From: an uncultured Spirochaetota bacterium
GTDB taxonomy: Bacteria > Spirochaetota > Spirochaetia > SZUA-6 > Fen-1364
Direction of reading: 5' to 3'
DNA: 64,000 nucleotides
Assembly (NCBI GenBank): GCA_963845535.1
Contig: CAWJSK010000014.1
Span: forward strand, 64,001-128,000
Shown here: positions 51,664-61,401 of the stretch, piece after piece
How positions within the stretch are numbered: position 1 is the first letter of the stretch
Layout of the letters: each line of letters opens with the position of its first letter
Notes under the pieces: model-generated
The model's database searches: none
What the model was told of the DNA's origin: nothing
Seen by the model: the letters and a program-made list of their open reading frames with translations, nothing else
Position numbers and translations under genes: made by a program

Positions 51664-51927
51664 CTATCGAAAGAGCACATCAGTGTAGGTCAGCCCGATG
51701 AAGATCGCCAGGACGCAGACGGCTATTGGCACAAGGATCTTCAACAGCAAGCGCTTCTCGAACAGCAGGTTCATGAAGTACAGGAGCACGAGGGATGACT
51801 TGATGGCCGCTATGGCCAGCACGATCATGATGCCGACCCGGCCGAAGTTGAGGCTGGCGGATGTCACCGTGAGTGCCGTCAAGACGACGAGGCCAACCCA
51901 GACCAGGATGTAGCGGGGATAAGTCAC
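51664..51927 (-). CDS. coxD: Cytochrome c oxidase subunit IV
   Basis: Three TMs, LTALTV, IAAIKSSLV..YFM. Confidence 0.85.
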   Translation of the reverse strand: MTYPRYILVWVGLVVLTALTVTSASLNFGRVGIMIVLAIAAIKSSLVLLYFMNLLFEKRLLLKILVPIAVCVLAIFIGLTYTDVLFR

Positions 51928-51939
51928 GTATCCTCCTCC

Positions 51940-52563
51940 TCAGGTGATCAGGTAGAACAGCGGGAACAGGAATATCCAGATGATGTCGACGAGGTGCCAG
52001 TAGAGCGCCCCGTTTTCCATGATGTTGATACGGTCCGCGGTGACCTTGCCGCGCAGCACGAAATTGAGCACGAAGCCCAGCACCGTCATCCCGATGATGA
52101 CGTGCAGCGCATGCAGCCCCGTCATTGTGAAGTACAGCCCGAAGAAAAGGATGAAGCCGTGGGGTTGGCTCTCCAGGAACTTCGCCCCCGGGTACAGCCC
52201 GTGCTCGAACTTGGTCCCCCACTCGAAGCTCTTCACCACCAGGAAGGTCAGCCCCAGCGCGATGGTTGCGGCAAGGAAGATGGCCGCGCGCCGCTTGTTC
52301 CGCTTCACGTGAAGGGAGTGCAGCGCCACAACGACGGTGAGGCTGGAGGTGAGCAGGACGACGGTGTTCAGAGTCCCGTCGAACCTGCTGAGCTCCAGGG
52401 AGCCGGCGTGGAAATCCCCCGGGTTCTTGTACCGGTACATCGAGTACAGCAGGAACATTCCGCCGAACAGGAGGATTTCCGAGAGCAGGAAAAGCCATAG
52501 GCCTACCCTGGCCTTGACTCCTTCCTCATGGATTTCAACGCTTTGACTGTGGCTGCTGCTCAT
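51940..52563 (-). CDS. coxC: Cytochrome c oxidase subunit III
   Basis: WLFLLSE, NTVVLLTSS, TGLHALHV, YWHLVDIIW. Confidence 0.95.
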   Translation of the reverse strand: MSSSHSQSVEIHEEGVKARVGLWLFLLSEILLFGGMFLLYSMYRYKNPGDFHAGSLELSRFDGTLNTVVLLTSSLTVVVALHSLHVKRNKRRAAIFLAATIALGLTFLVVKSFEWGTKFEHGLYPGAKFLESQPHGFILFFGLYFTMTGLHALHVIIGMTVLGFVLNFVLRGKVTADRINIMENGALYWHLVDIIWIFLFPLFYLIT

Positions 52564-54244
52564 GCTTTTCCTTTGCGTCCCCACCATTTCCAGCGCCGTC
52601 GCCGTTGCCGTCACTCGTGCGGTCAGGGAAGATGTACGGTCCGTGCGTGACCACGGGGGTCTCCGCGAAGCTGTGCTCAGCCGGGGGAGACGGGATTTGC
52701 CATTCCAGAGTGGCCCCGCCCCACGGGTTGTCTTCCGCCTTCTTTCCGCGGAAGAACCCGTGAAGGAGGTTGCCGAACATCAGTGCCAGGCCGGCCACCA
52801 TGATCCAGGAACCGTACGTTGCAATCCGCTGCAGGTCCGTGAACTGCGGGAGGTAGGAGTAGTACCGCCTGGGCATCCCCGCCCACCCGAGGATCAGCAT
52901 CGTCATATAGAAGACATTGAAGCCGACAAACAGGACGATGAACGCGACGACCGCTCTTTTCTCGTTGTACATCTTGCCGAACATCTTCGGGAACCAGTAG
53001 TGCAGGGCGGCGAACAGCCCGAATCCCATGCCGCCGAAAATCACGTAGTGGAAGTGCCCGACAACGAAGTACGTGTCATGGGTGTGGACGTCCGTGGAGA
53101 GGGCCCCAAGGATCAGCCCCGTGAGCCCCCCGATGGAGAAGAGGGCAATGAAGCCCAGGGCGTACAGGAAAGGCGCATCCATCCTGATGGAGCCCTTGTA
53201 AAGGGTGGCCACCCAGTTGAAGACCTTGATGGCGCTTGGCACCGCTACAAGGAACGTGAGCAGGGAGAACACAACTCCCGCCGTGTCGCTCTGGCCGCTC
53301 ACGTACATATGGTGGCCCCACACGAGGGAGCCCACGCTTGCTATGGCAAGGCTGGAGAAGGCAATGGTCTTGTACCCGAAGATGTTCTTCCGTGAGAACA
53401 CGGGGATGATGTCGGAGATGATCCCCATGGCCGGCAGGATCATGATGTACACCGCCGGGTGCGAGTAGATCCAGAACAGGTGCTGGTAGAGCAGCGGATC
53501 CCCGCCCTTTGTCGGATCGAAGACGCCGATGCCGAAGATCCTCTCGATGAGGATCAGGACCATCGTGATGCCGATTACCGGGGTTGCCAGGACCTGCACC
53601 CACGCGGTGGCGTAAATGCCCCAGATGGACAGGGGCAGGCGGGAGAACTTCATTCCCGGGGCGCGTTCCATGTGGACCGTGGTGACGATGTTCACCCCCG
53701 TCAGAATGGAGGACATACCGAGGATGAAAACGCCGAAGACTGCGAACGGCACGTTCACCGTTGTCCGCAGGCTGTAGGGAACGTAGAACGTCCAGCCGGT
53801 GTCCGCGGGGCCATTCCCGGTGAGCAGGGACACCAGGAGGATGGTGGCGCCCAGGATGTACAGGTACCACGTGAACAGGTTCAAGCGGGGGAAGGCCATG
53901 TCCTTCCCCCCGATCAGAATGGGCAGAAAGAAGTTGCCGAAGATCGTCGGGATGGCCGGGATCACGACGAGGAATATCATTATGACACCGTGGAGCGTGA
54001 AGATCTGGTTGTAGCGCGTGCCGGTGAGGAACTTGCTGTCCGGTGAGAGCATCTGGATGCGCATCAACACCCCGAGGATCACCGCAATGGAGAAAAAGCT
54101 GAGGATCGGGACAAGATACAGCGTGCCGATCCTCTTGTGGTTGGTCGACGTGAGGAAGCCGCGCAGCCCCGCGCGCCTGCCTTCGTTGGTGTACCACGGG
54201 TAATGGGTATGCGGGTGTCCGTTGCCCCCGCCGTGCTCGTCCAT
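52535..54244 (-). CDS. coxA: Cytochrome c oxidase subunit I, type A2
   Basis: TLHG, DMAFPRLN, YSHPAVY, WGHHM, HDTYFVVGHFHY. Confidence 0.96.
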   Translation of the reverse strand: MDEHGGGNGHPHTHYPWYTNEGRRAGLRGFLTSTNHKRIGTLYLVPILSFFSIAVILGVLMRIQMLSPDSKFLTGTRYNQIFTLHGVIMIFLVVIPAIPTIFGNFFLPILIGGKDMAFPRLNLFTWYLYILGATILLVSLLTGNGPADTGWTFYVPYSLRTTVNVPFAVFGVFILGMSSILTGVNIVTTVHMERAPGMKFSRLPLSIWGIYATAWVQVLATPVIGITMVLILIERIFGIGVFDPTKGGDPLLYQHLFWIYSHPAVYIMILPAMGIISDIIPVFSRKNIFGYKTIAFSSLAIASVGSLVWGHHMYVSGQSDTAGVVFSLLTFLVAVPSAIKVFNWVATLYKGSIRMDAPFLYALGFIALFSIGGLTGLILGALSTDVHTHDTYFVVGHFHYVIFGGMGFGLFAALHYWFPKMFGKMYNEKRAVVAFIVLFVGFNVFYMTMLILGWAGMPRRYYSYLPQFTDLQRIATYGSWIMVAGLALMFGNLLHGFFRGKKAEDNPWGGATLEWQIPSPPAEHSFAETPVVTHGPYIFPDRTSDGNGDGAGNGGDAKEKHEQQPQSKR

Positions 54245-54262
54245 CCTGTTACGACCTCCTGT

Positions 54263-55060
54263 CTATTTCCATCCCTGGGCCTGGATGTACTGGTAGATGT
54301 CTGCCGCATCCTGAGCGCTCAAGGTGTCCGCGGCGAACGCGGGCATCTGCCCCGCTGAGCCGTTGGGCATGACCGGGTTCCTGACGAAGGAGACGAAGGT
54401 GTCTTCCGTCGCGAGCTGCTTGGCGCCCTTCAAGGGCAGCTCAGGCACCACGACATTCGCGCCGCCGGGGTGGCATGCCGCGCAGTTCGCTGCAAAAAGC
54501 CGCGCCCCGAGCCGCACCGCCGATGGCGCCGCCCGCGCGCCTGCCGGCGCGGACCCCGCTGCCGCTCCTCCCGCGCCGCCCGCGGTGGAGCCGGCGGGAG
54601 CAGCCGCTTCCGTGGCCGCCTGCGAGCCTGCCCAGTTGCCGTAGACCAGCCGCGCGCCGAACCACCCCAGCCCCACCACGCCAACGACGGCGAGCGCGTA
54701 GATCACCATCATGGGCGCGCTTCTGACTTTGAGCTCGGACCCCAGGATGATGCCCGCTCCCAGGAGAAGGAGCACGCAGCTTGCCAGGATCATCTTCGCC
54801 TTGATGGGCGGGATAAGCGCTCCCTTGAAGAAGTGCAGCCAGTCCATCACCCCGAAGAGGATGGTGGGGAACACGAAGATGAACGCGAGGATGGAGACGT
54901 GGCGCGCGGTCAGGAACAGGTTCTTCTTCTTGAAGATCACCGCCACGTAGAAAAAGCAGAACGCGCCGATGACAAGCCCGATGGGGATGTGCGTGATGGG
55001 AGCGTGGAGCGGGTCGGTGAAGCCGACCTTTGCCAGGAGCTGGTAGATGCCGTCGATCAT
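54263..55060 (-). CDS. DUF2231-like 4-TM domain fused to a monoheme cytochrome c (c6-like)
   Basis: PLHAPITHIPIG, G..LVYG; LFAANCAACHPGG...QMPAF. Confidence 0.85.
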   Translation of the reverse strand: MIDGIYQLLAKVGFTDPLHAPITHIPIGLVIGAFCFFYVAVIFKKKNLFLTARHVSILAFIFVFPTILFGVMDWLHFFKGALIPPIKAKMILASCVLLLLGAGIILGSELKVRSAPMMVIYALAVVGVVGLGWFGARLVYGNWAGSQAATEAAAPAGSTAGGAGGAAAGSAPAGARAAPSAVRLGARLFAANCAACHPGGANVVVPELPLKGAKQLATEDTFVSFVRNPVMPNGSAGQMPAFAADTLSAQDAADIYQYIQAQGWK

Positions 55061-55914
55061 TTCGTGCCTCCTCCTATGCTGGAAAAATCGACATCGGCCA
55101 GGCCCCGTGCGGCTGCCTGTCCGAAGAGCTCCTTTGTAGCATGAGTAGCGGGAAGAGGCACGCCCAGCTCGTAGGCGGCGTCGGACACGAGCTGGAGGTC
55201 CTTGTGCATCAGGCGCAGGGGGAACTCGACCTCATACCTGCCGGTGGCGAGCTTCTCACGCTTGGCCGCCATGAAAGGGGCCACCACGCCGCTGCCCACC
55301 AGCGAGTCCAGCAGCATCCCGCGGCTGAAGCCCAGCGCCTCTCCGAAAGCCAGGGCCTCGGAGAATGCCGCCATTGCATTCCCGAGGAGCATGTTGTTCA
55401 CGAGCTTCAGCGAGCTGCCCATCCCCGTGGCGCCCACGTGCTTGATCGTCTTCCCCATCACGGAAAGAAGGGGCTTGCACTTCTCCAGGTCTTTTGCATC
55501 CCCCCCGACGAGGAACGTCAGCTCCGCCCTTTCAGCCGCGGGCAGGGATCCGACCGCCGGGGCGTCCAGGAACGACACCCCGCGGCGCGCCGCCTCAGCG
55601 CCCATCCGGCGGGAGGCAGCCGGGGTCACCGTGCTGCAGTCCACCCACACGGCGCCCCGAGGCATGGCATCCAGAAAGCCTTCAGGCCCCAAGGCAAGCG
55701 CCGCCACCGCATCAGGGTTGGCAAGCATGGTAAAGGAGATTTCCGCGTGACGCGCCGCTTCGGCAGGCGTCGAGGCGAGCCTGGCTCCTGCCTTCACGAG
55801 CCCCTGAGCTTTCCCGGGGGAACGATTCCATACGACAAGCTCCTGGCCCGCTCGAAGGAGGTTGGCCGCCATCCGGCTTCCCATGATCCCCAGCCCAATG
55901 AAGGCGACTCTCAT
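55057..55914 (-). CDS. 3-hydroxyisobutyrate/beta-hydroxyacid dehydrogenase family
   Basis: FIGLGIMGSRMA.NL, VDCSTV, FLDAP, KLVNN, HKDL. Confidence 0.92.
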   Translation of the reverse strand: MRVAFIGLGIMGSRMAANLLRAGQELVVWNRSPGKAQGLVKAGARLASTPAEAARHAEISFTMLANPDAVAALALGPEGFLDAMPRGAVWVDCSTVTPAASRRMGAEAARRGVSFLDAPAVGSLPAAERAELTFLVGGDAKDLEKCKPLLSVMGKTIKHVGATGMGSSLKLVNNMLLGNAMAAFSEALAFGEALGFSRGMLLDSLVGSGVVAPFMAAKREKLATGRYEVEFPLRLMHKDLQLVSDAAYELGVPLPATHATKELFGQAAARGLADVDFSSIGGGTK

Positions 55915-56609
55915 TCTTTCGTCTCCCATGCAGCCACCGCCTGGCGGAGGGCCACGGCAGAAGGTGGATCAGAAAGCGACTCAGACTGCAGGACATCAGA
56001 GGGCTTGTCGATTTCTTTTCCATAGTATGCGGAGCTGGCGTCGAGATCCACGTCCAGGGAGACGCCCTGCAGGCTTACGCCCACGAAGATACCCCGCGTC
56101 CTGGAATAGCTGTAGATCTCAGCTTTCATGTCGGCGTCCGTGGCCGCGCCGGCGGACCTGCCCAGCGATCCGGCGGCAACGGAGGCATCCACCCCGAGGG
56201 TGTAGCGTCCGCGCAGCACTGCATCCAGGCTGCGGCGGGTGCGGAAGAACAGCAGGATGTCGGCGGATTGCACCCCCACCTGCCAGCCTACGCTGGCTCC
56301 CGACAAGGTCAGGAACAGGGGCCTGCTCCAGGAGCTGATCCCCTGGCGCACGACAAGGACCCCCCTGCCGTGCTGGCCTCCGATCACGAAGCCGACTTTC
56401 TGCACATCCGGGAAGATGGCGAGCGCGTACGTTATTTTCATGAGTCGTTGAACAGCGTCGCGCTCGGGAACGGTCGTGATTGTCTTGAAAACGTCCAGGG
56501 AGTCCTGGACCTCGCGCGCCTGTGCGCGTTCCGCGAATGCAGGCACGGCTCCCAGCAGCGTCAGGAGCGCGCAGATAGCGAGCGGCGCGGAAGCGGGTCG
56601 ACGGACCAT
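55911..56609 (-). CDS. Exported SYLF/Ysc84 lipid-binding domain protein
   Basis: K.GFVIGGQHGRG, GASVGWQVGVQ, YSYSRTRG.F.GVSL.G. Confidence 0.9.
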   Translation of the reverse strand: MVRRPASAPLAICALLTLLGAVPAFAERAQAREVQDSLDVFKTITTVPERDAVQRLMKITYALAIFPDVQKVGFVIGGQHGRGVLVVRQGISSWSRPLFLTLSGASVGWQVGVQSADILLFFRTRRSLDAVLRGRYTLGVDASVAAGSLGRSAGAATDADMKAEIYSYSRTRGIFVGVSLQGVSLDVDLDASSAYYGKEIDKPSDVLQSESLSDPPSAVALRQAVAAWETKE

Positions 56610-56732
56610 GAACAGGTTCCTCCCGAAGGGCCAACGGCTGCGGCTCGCACCCAACGGGCCGTGCGGCTGCCGCGTGAATGACTTCCTGTCCATATAGTAC
56701 TTTGCCGATCCGCCTGTCGCATAGCCGGAAAT

Positions 56733-57986
56733 TTACGTTTCCATCAGCTCTTCATTCACTTCCTGAAGGAAAGAGTCTATCATCCGGCGGTCCTCCGGGC
56801 TCCCATACAGGTTCACGCTCAGTGTGAGCGTTCCCGCGAAGCCGCTCAGGGCGAGTTGGAAATGGGGTTTGAACTTGATGGACCCGCACAGGAAGGCGGA
56901 TTGGATCGGGCTTCCCTTGAATGACAGCCGGTTCGAATCCAGCTCACCGATGTTCGTCATGCAGATGAGAGGCGCTTTGAGCGCTCGCTTCAGCAACCGT
57001 GATCCGAGGCGCTCGCCGCAAAGCAAGAATGGAAAGGACAGCTTCATCAGCCCACCGAGGCCGATTCGCCTCCCTTTCAGCCCGTCCATCACACTTTTCA
57101 CCTTGAGAAGCGTTTCCTCGAACGGCTCCCCGTCCCGCTGCCGGATGCGCGTGATCACCATCGAAGAGAGGTTGCGAAGGGAGGTGAACTCCGTCTCGGG
57201 CGCGTACCTCCGCATGTCGACCATGATGGGAATCTCCAGATGCTCGCGTGCGGAACGGCCGAGGCGGCGTGCAAGCACCCTGTAATACGCGGTGAGCGCC
57301 GCATCGTTGATCGTGGCGCCGCGCTCCCGGCAAAGCTCCCGAAGTCGTGAGACGTTCTTCTCATCCAGCGTCCGGGTCGCGATGAACGGCTTTGCTCCCG
57401 CCTGTTCCGCGAAAGGGAACACGAAGCTCCCCGACCTGTTGACACTCCCGATCATCGAGTGGACCCTCGCCCGCAGGCTGAAAGCGCGCACGACATCACG
57501 AAAACTCCTGTCCCCCGTAACGATTTCGCGGGGGGTGAACGCCGGATTGTCGACGAGAGCCGAATAGGTTTCACTGAGAAGATAGAGGTAGCGTTTGAAG
57601 CCGGCGCCGTCCGCGATCATGTGGTTCATCGTTATGGCAATGGCGCCGCTCGTGCCGCGCAGGAGCGCCACGCGGACTTGCGGGCCGACCTCCTCATTCA
57701 ACCGGCACGTGGCTTGCGCATTGAATGAGCTTCCGTCTCCCGTTGCGGTGAACGCCCGCTTGCAATCCGCTTCCGCCAGGCTCTCCCACACTGGCCGTCC
57801 GGGCCGCGGGGCGTACCGGGTAGCGAGGATGGGGACGGCGTGGAGGGTCAGGGCGACCGCCCCGCGGAGCGTGGCCTCGTCCAACGCCGAAGAAAACCGC
57901 ATGTGGCAGTGGACCTGGTGGTCGTTGAAGCCTTTGGCAGTGTACAAAAGCTGCATGCGGTCGAAAATCTGTACCGGGTATTCCAT
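56733..57986 (-). CDS. Stand-alone condensation-domain / CoA-dependent acyltransferase
   Basis: MNHMIADG active-site motif, ATIND, VDMRRY, TNIG. Confidence 0.8.
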   Translation of the reverse strand: MEYPVQIFDRMQLLYTAKGFNDHQVHCHMRFSSALDEATLRGAVALTLHAVPILATRYAPRPGRPVWESLAEADCKRAFTATGDGSSFNAQATCRLNEEVGPQVRVALLRGTSGAIAITMNHMIADGAGFKRYLYLLSETYSALVDNPAFTPREIVTGDRSFRDVVRAFSLRARVHSMIGSVNRSGSFVFPFAEQAGAKPFIATRTLDEKNVSRLRELCRERGATINDAALTAYYRVLARRLGRSAREHLEIPIMVDMRRYAPETEFTSLRNLSSMVITRIRQRDGEPFEETLLKVKSVMDGLKGRRIGLGGLMKLSFPFLLCGERLGSRLLKRALKAPLICMTNIGELDSNRLSFKGSPIQSAFLCGSIKFKPHFQLALSGFAGTLTLSVNLYGSPEDRRMIDSFLQEVNEELMET

Positions 57987-58063
57987 GGTGACCTCCCGGC
58001 CGCGGGATCTCATCCATCCGTCCCGCGCGCCTGCGCGAGCCTATGGCGTTTGGGGGTCAAAGT

Positions 58064-58096
58064 CAATACTGTTGGTATTGAGTACCAAAGGTATCT
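58064..58096. promoter_or_regulatory. Tandem palindromic operator between the divergent acyltransferase and TetR genes
   Basis: CAATAC-N5-GTATTG followed by a second TAC-N5-GTA box. Confidence 0.6.
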
Positions 58097-58109
58097 GAAT
58101 GGAGCGACT

Positions 58110-58763
58110 ATGGCAAAGACGGATCCGGCGCCGGCAGCGGCGCACCGACAACGGCGCGTGAAGCGCTCGGAAGTCCGACGACGGCTCCTTGACGCGGCGT
58201 ACGGCGTCTTTGCGGAGCATGGCTACGAGGCCGCGAGCCTGGAGCGCGTCGCGGAGGCTGCCGGCTTCAGCAAGGGCGCCGTCTATTCGAACTTCGCGAA
58301 CAAGGACGAGCTTTTCTTCGAGCTGGTAGCCGCGCGCATTGACGAACGCGTGGAGGCGGTACGGTCCGCCGAGGCCAGGCGAAGGGCCGGCAGTGGCTCC
58401 GCCGCCCATGATGCCGCCGCAATGGCGTTCCTGGCGGGAAAGGAGCTTCGCGTCCTGGGTGCCGCGGATCCGGACTGGCAGATGCTGTTCATCGAGTTCT
58501 GGCTTCGGTGCGCGCGGAGTGAGGAGCTGCGGGCCAGGCTCGCGGAGCGTCGCCGCGCAATGCGAGCAACCATTGCGCGCCTGATCGAGGCGGAAGGGGC
58601 AGCCTTGGGAGAGACCATCCGGCACGGGAGGGCCATGGACCTGGCCACCACCGTACTGGCTCTCTCCAACGGCCTCGGCATCGAGGGCCTGATCGACCCA
58701 AAGGCCGTCCGACCCGCACTCTTCGGTGAGGTGATGGGGAGTCTGTTCGCGGCTGCCAGGTGA
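58110..58763 (+). CDS. TetR/AcrR transcriptional regulator
   Basis: LLDAA..VFAEHGY...VAEAAGFSKGAVYSNFANKDEL. Confidence 0.93.
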   Translation: MAKTDPAPAAAHRQRRVKRSEVRRRLLDAAYGVFAEHGYEAASLERVAEAAGFSKGAVYSNFANKDELFFELVAARIDERVEAVRSAEARRRAGSGSAAHDAAAMAFLAGKELRVLGAADPDWQMLFIEFWLRCARSEELRARLAERRRAMRATIARLIEAEGAALGETIRHGRAMDLATTVLALSNGLGIEGLIDPKAVRPALFGEVMGSLFAAAR

Positions 58764-58832
58764 GATCATCCGCGGGCAGGCACGTGTCAACTCGAAAGGC
58801 CGTATACCGATAATCTCAGCAGGGGGGCAAGC

Positions 58833-60995
58833 GTGACAGTCTTCGGCAGGAGGGTCTCTCCTGCAATCCTCGTCGTTTCCAGCGTGCTTGCGGCGGTGTG
58901 CGCCGCGACGTTCGCGTCCCTGGCTCTGGCAGCCGCCGGGGCCCTTTCCGCTTTGGGCGCGCCGGGACGGTTCCTCCTCGCCGGCTTCTCCTGGGCGGCT
59001 TTCTTTGTGCCGCTGTATCTCCTGTGCGGCGTGTTCCTTCTCACGGCCCGGGTTTTCCGGCGTCGCTCCGCGTTCCTCCTCATGTTCTCCATCATCCCGT
59101 TTCTCACGCTGAGCCTCCTGCTGCGCGTCCTCCAGAGTCCCTCGTCCTCACTGCCGCTGGTCCTCGTGGATTCCTTCGGGGTGTTTCCCGCCGCTCTCCT
59201 CCTGGTGCTTCTCCTGGCGCTGGAGATGATCTTTCTCCTCACCATGCCGTACGGAAGGATCCCGGACGCCCGCCGAAAGGCCCGCGCTCCGGTAAAAAAG
59301 CCACTTGCCTTGCCGCTGATTGTTCCTTCTGATCCCCCGGCTGTGCTGGCGGCGCTGCTGCCCGCGGCGGAAGAGACGGTGGAGCCGCTTCCTCCGATTT
59401 CTGTAGAGGCTGTCGTCGCGGAGCCGCTCCCCCCAGAGCAGATCCCCGCCGAGGCAGCGCCGGTGCCGCAAGAGCCGCCGGTGCCTACCTTCCCGAAAAA
59501 ACGCAGCCCTGAGCCCGTGGTCATCCCGTCCCCTCCTCGCGAGCAGGCGGAGCTGCCGTTTCCCCCTGAGAAGGCGGGCAAGGCCGCGTACGGCATCCCG
59601 GTGCATCACGTCTTGAAAAACAGGGAAGGGGACCCCTACTGGATCATTGACGATGAAACCAAGCGCGCGGCGCACATCCTCACCGAGTCGCTTCGGGAGT
59701 TCAACATTGAAGCGGAGGTGACAGGGATCAGGAAAGGCCCCGTCATCACGCTGTTCGAAGTCCTTCCCGCGCCAGGGGTCCGCGTGTCGAAGATCGCGAA
59801 CCTTGCTGACAATATCGCGCTTCGCCTTGCGGCGCCGAGCGTGCGCATCGTGGCCCCCATCCCCGGGCGGCATGCGGTGGGAATCGAGGTGCCGAACATG
59901 GTCCGCGCCATCGTCTCCTTCAAGGAGATGATTTCCCTGGACGTCATGCAGAAGTCTCCGTACGAAATCCCGCTGGCCCTCGGGAAGGACATCCTCGGAG
60001 AGGCGCAGGTGATCGACCTTGTGCAGACCCCGCACCTCCTCATTGGGGGGGCAACGAACTCGGGCAAAAGCGTGCTGGTGAACTCGATCATCTGCTCCAT
60101 CCTGTTCCGCAAGTCACCGGATGAAGTGCGGCTTTTCCTGATCGACCCCAAGATCGTGGAGCTGAAGCTCTACAACGGCTGTCCGCACCTCCTGACCCCC
60201 GTGATCACCGAGCCGAAGAAGGCATTCCAGGCGCTGCAGTACTGCATCTCGGAAATGGAAAGGCGCTACACGCTGCTGGACGCCCTGGGCGTTCGGGACA
60301 TCCGCGCTTTCAACAAGAAGGCGAAAAAGGAAAAGGTGCAGCGCCTCCCGTATATCGTCATCGTCATCGATGAGTTTGCCGACCTCATGGCCACCACGGG
60401 CAAGGAGCTTGAGTCCACGCTGGCCCGGCTGGCGGCCATGGCGCGCGCCATCGGCATCCACATGGTGCTGGCAACGCAGCGGCCTTCCATTGACGTGATA
60501 ACGGGCCTCATCAAGGCAAACATTCCCTCCCGCATCGCCTTCATGGTCGCGAACAAGTTCGACTCACGGATCATCATCGATGGCGTTGGCGCGGAGAAGC
60601 TCCTCGGCAAAGGCGACATGCTTTTCTCCGCGGCGTGGAACCCGTTCCCCACGCGCATCCAGGGCGCGTATATCGATGACGAAGAGATCGACGCCGTCAC
60701 CGAGTACGTGAAGAAGCTCGGTCCGCCCCAGTACATCGAGGACGAGGTGTTCTTCGATGACGAAGAGACGGGGGATTTCGAGGGAGAGCCGGGCAACGAT
60801 CCGCTGTACGAGCAGGCCATCGATATCGTGGTTGCTCAAGGCAGGGCATCGGCTTCCTACCTGCAGCGCCGCCTCAAGGTTGGATACAACAGGGCCGCGC
60901 GCCTGGTGGAGGAGATGGAGATGCGGGGGATCGTGGGGCCGGCGCAGGGCAGCAAGCCGCGGGAGATTCTGCATATTCCGAACAAGGGAGGCTGA
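58833..60995 (+). CDS. ftsK: DNA translocase FtsK
   Basis: N-terminal TMs, PHLLIGGATNSGKS, IDEFADLM, ATQRPS, gamma domain LQRRLKVGYNRAA. Confidence 0.96.
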   Translation: MTVFGRRVSPAILVVSSVLAAVCAATFASLALAAAGALSALGAPGRFLLAGFSWAAFFVPLYLLCGVFLLTARVFRRRSAFLLMFSIIPFLTLSLLLRVLQSPSSSLPLVLVDSFGVFPAALLLVLLLALEMIFLLTMPYGRIPDARRKARAPVKKPLALPLIVPSDPPAVLAALLPAAEETVEPLPPISVEAVVAEPLPPEQIPAEAAPVPQEPPVPTFPKKRSPEPVVIPSPPREQAELPFPPEKAGKAAYGIPVHHVLKNREGDPYWIIDDETKRAAHILTESLREFNIEAEVTGIRKGPVITLFEVLPAPGVRVSKIANLADNIALRLAAPSVRIVAPIPGRHAVGIEVPNMVRAIVSFKEMISLDVMQKSPYEIPLALGKDILGEAQVIDLVQTPHLLIGGATNSGKSVLVNSIICSILFRKSPDEVRLFLIDPKIVELKLYNGCPHLLTPVITEPKKAFQALQYCISEMERRYTLLDALGVRDIRAFNKKAKKEKVQRLPYIVIVIDEFADLMATTGKELESTLARLAAMARAIGIHMVLATQRPSIDVITGLIKANIPSRIAFMVANKFDSRIIIDGVGAEKLLGKGDMLFSAAWNPFPTRIQGAYIDDEEIDAVTEYVKKLGPPQYIEDEVFFDDEETGDFEGEPGNDPLYEQAIDIVVAQGRASASYLQRRLKVGYNRAARLVEEMEMRGIVGPAQGSKPREILHIPNKGG

Positions 60996-61056
60996 CCGCA
61001 GCGGCCGTGACGGCCCGCACCTTGCGTGCGCCGTCCGAAAGCCGTAGCATTGCGCC

Positions 61057-61401
61057 ATGGACCCGTACGCCGTCGTCAGCGAGGAACAGGTTCGCACGGC
61101 CCTCGCGGTGTTGAAGGAGCGCCTCACCGGTTTCCTTGGAGACTCGCTCGTCAAGCTGGCGCTCTACGGTTCACGCGCCCGCGGGGACCATGACCCGGAC
61201 TCCGATGTGGACGTTGCCGTGATCGTGCGGGGCCTGGACCGCGACCTGAAGAAACGGATTTACGAAATGGTTGCCGAGATCGAGGTGGATCGGCTTGTTG
61301 CGCTTTCGACGCTCGTTCTATCCGAGTCAGACTATCAGAGCTTGCTCGCACGCGAGCGGCGCATTGCTCTGGATATAGAGGAGGAGGGAATCCCTCTATG
61401 A
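61057..61401 (+). CDS. Minimal nucleotidyltransferase (MNT) antitoxin-like
   Basis: LYGSRARGDHDPDSDVDV (GSx10DxD). Confidence 0.9.
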   Translation: MDPYAVVSEEQVRTALAVLKERLTGFLGDSLVKLALYGSRARGDHDPDSDVDVAVIVRGLDRDLKKRIYEMVAEIEVDRLVALSTLVLSESDYQSLLARERRIALDIEEEGIPL

